From positions 1,198,448 through 1,262,447 of the forward strand of contig CAVNZM010000004.1 of NCBI GenBank assembly GCA_963693365.1: a stretch of 64,000 nucleotides of DNA, written 5' to 3'. The notes beneath the pieces were generated by a model that saw only the letters and a program-made list of their open reading frames with translations, was not told where the DNA came from and ran no database searches. Position 1 is the stretch's first letter. Every line of letters begins with the position of its first letter. The DNA comes from Amoebidium appalachense (taxonomy: Eukaryota; Protista; Ichthyosporea). Below are positions 63,433 to 64,000 of the stretch, in pieces. Position numbers and translations under genes: made by a program.

Positions 63433-63665
63433 ACACACACACATGCAAGCAAGCACGCACACACAAGCATGCATGCGGGACGCTGTGTGAAACAGGCAAA
63501 CATACGCCGTCTTCGCGAGACGCAAACGCACACGCACACACGCACACACACGCACTCGTACACACACACACACGACTCAAACGCACACACCCGCACGCAC
63601 ACACACACACACACACATTCACACATCCCTCCCTTCCCCCCCTCCCATCCTCCCCAACACACACA
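63080..63665. repeat. (CA)n-rich low-complexity tract
   Basis: Seen directly. Confidence 0.9.
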
Positions 63666-64000
63666 CTTTCGTTGGTTTATTGGTTCAATGAGAGGAGGAT
63701 GCATGGGCAAAGCCCTCCTGCCATTTCCCAAACCTAGACAAAAACTCTCTAACAACTGCCACACTCTATTCGGTTGTGTAAAACAAACATGCTGCATCCA
63801 GTCTCTGTGACGGTAAACTTCAAACAACTAAATTGTATAGTTTCTATACAATTCAAATACAAATATGATATTAGAATATTCTTGCAATGGCCCATTGTCG
63901 AATACCTCTTTTAATGCATTATTTCGGTCACTGAGCCGAAAGGAATTAATAAATAGTCTTCCAACAGAAAGCCTACCGAAACACAAGTCATGCGCATATA

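Noticed and set aside
55258-63830. Many RE-, CV-, HT- and poly-P/G ORFs (also 34687-35867)
   Set aside because: These are translations of microsatellites and homopolymer runs

Overview
Eukaryotic genomic DNA (GT-AG introns, many microsatellites); the organism cannot be identified from sequence alone. Bases 1-~33,150 are one deeply nested transposon stack. It holds two Ty1/copia families (A, ~925-bp LTRs; B, 709- and 776-bp LTR subfamilies), a non-coding tRNA-Arg-primed LTR element (C), two APE/RT non-LTR families (L, M) and a 1.4-kb T-flanked insert carrying a 41-bp hairpin array. A second full-length copia B lies at 36,081-42,465, followed by LINE-L copies rearranged by a reconstructable 3.4-kb inversion. 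The only apparent host gene (48,344-54,434, +; 7 exons, all introns phase 1, ~823 aa) encodes a secreted protein: signal peptide, 4 PAN/Apple modules, 2 CnaB/prealbumin-like domains, 2 SdrD-B (bacterial MSCRAMM-type) domains and a Gly/Asn/Tyr-rich tail. The last 9 kb is low-complexity DNA with a TA-flanked TIR element, old LINE-L fragments and a second element C. Highlights: the adhesin-like gene, a recurrent rule-based +6-nt palindromic scar, an 18-nt primer tRNA copy trapped at a PBS, and a copia PBS whose anticodon-pairing triplet is complemented. Homopolymer lengths look unreliable, so many frameshifts may be sequencing errors. All alignments and domain calls were made by eye.
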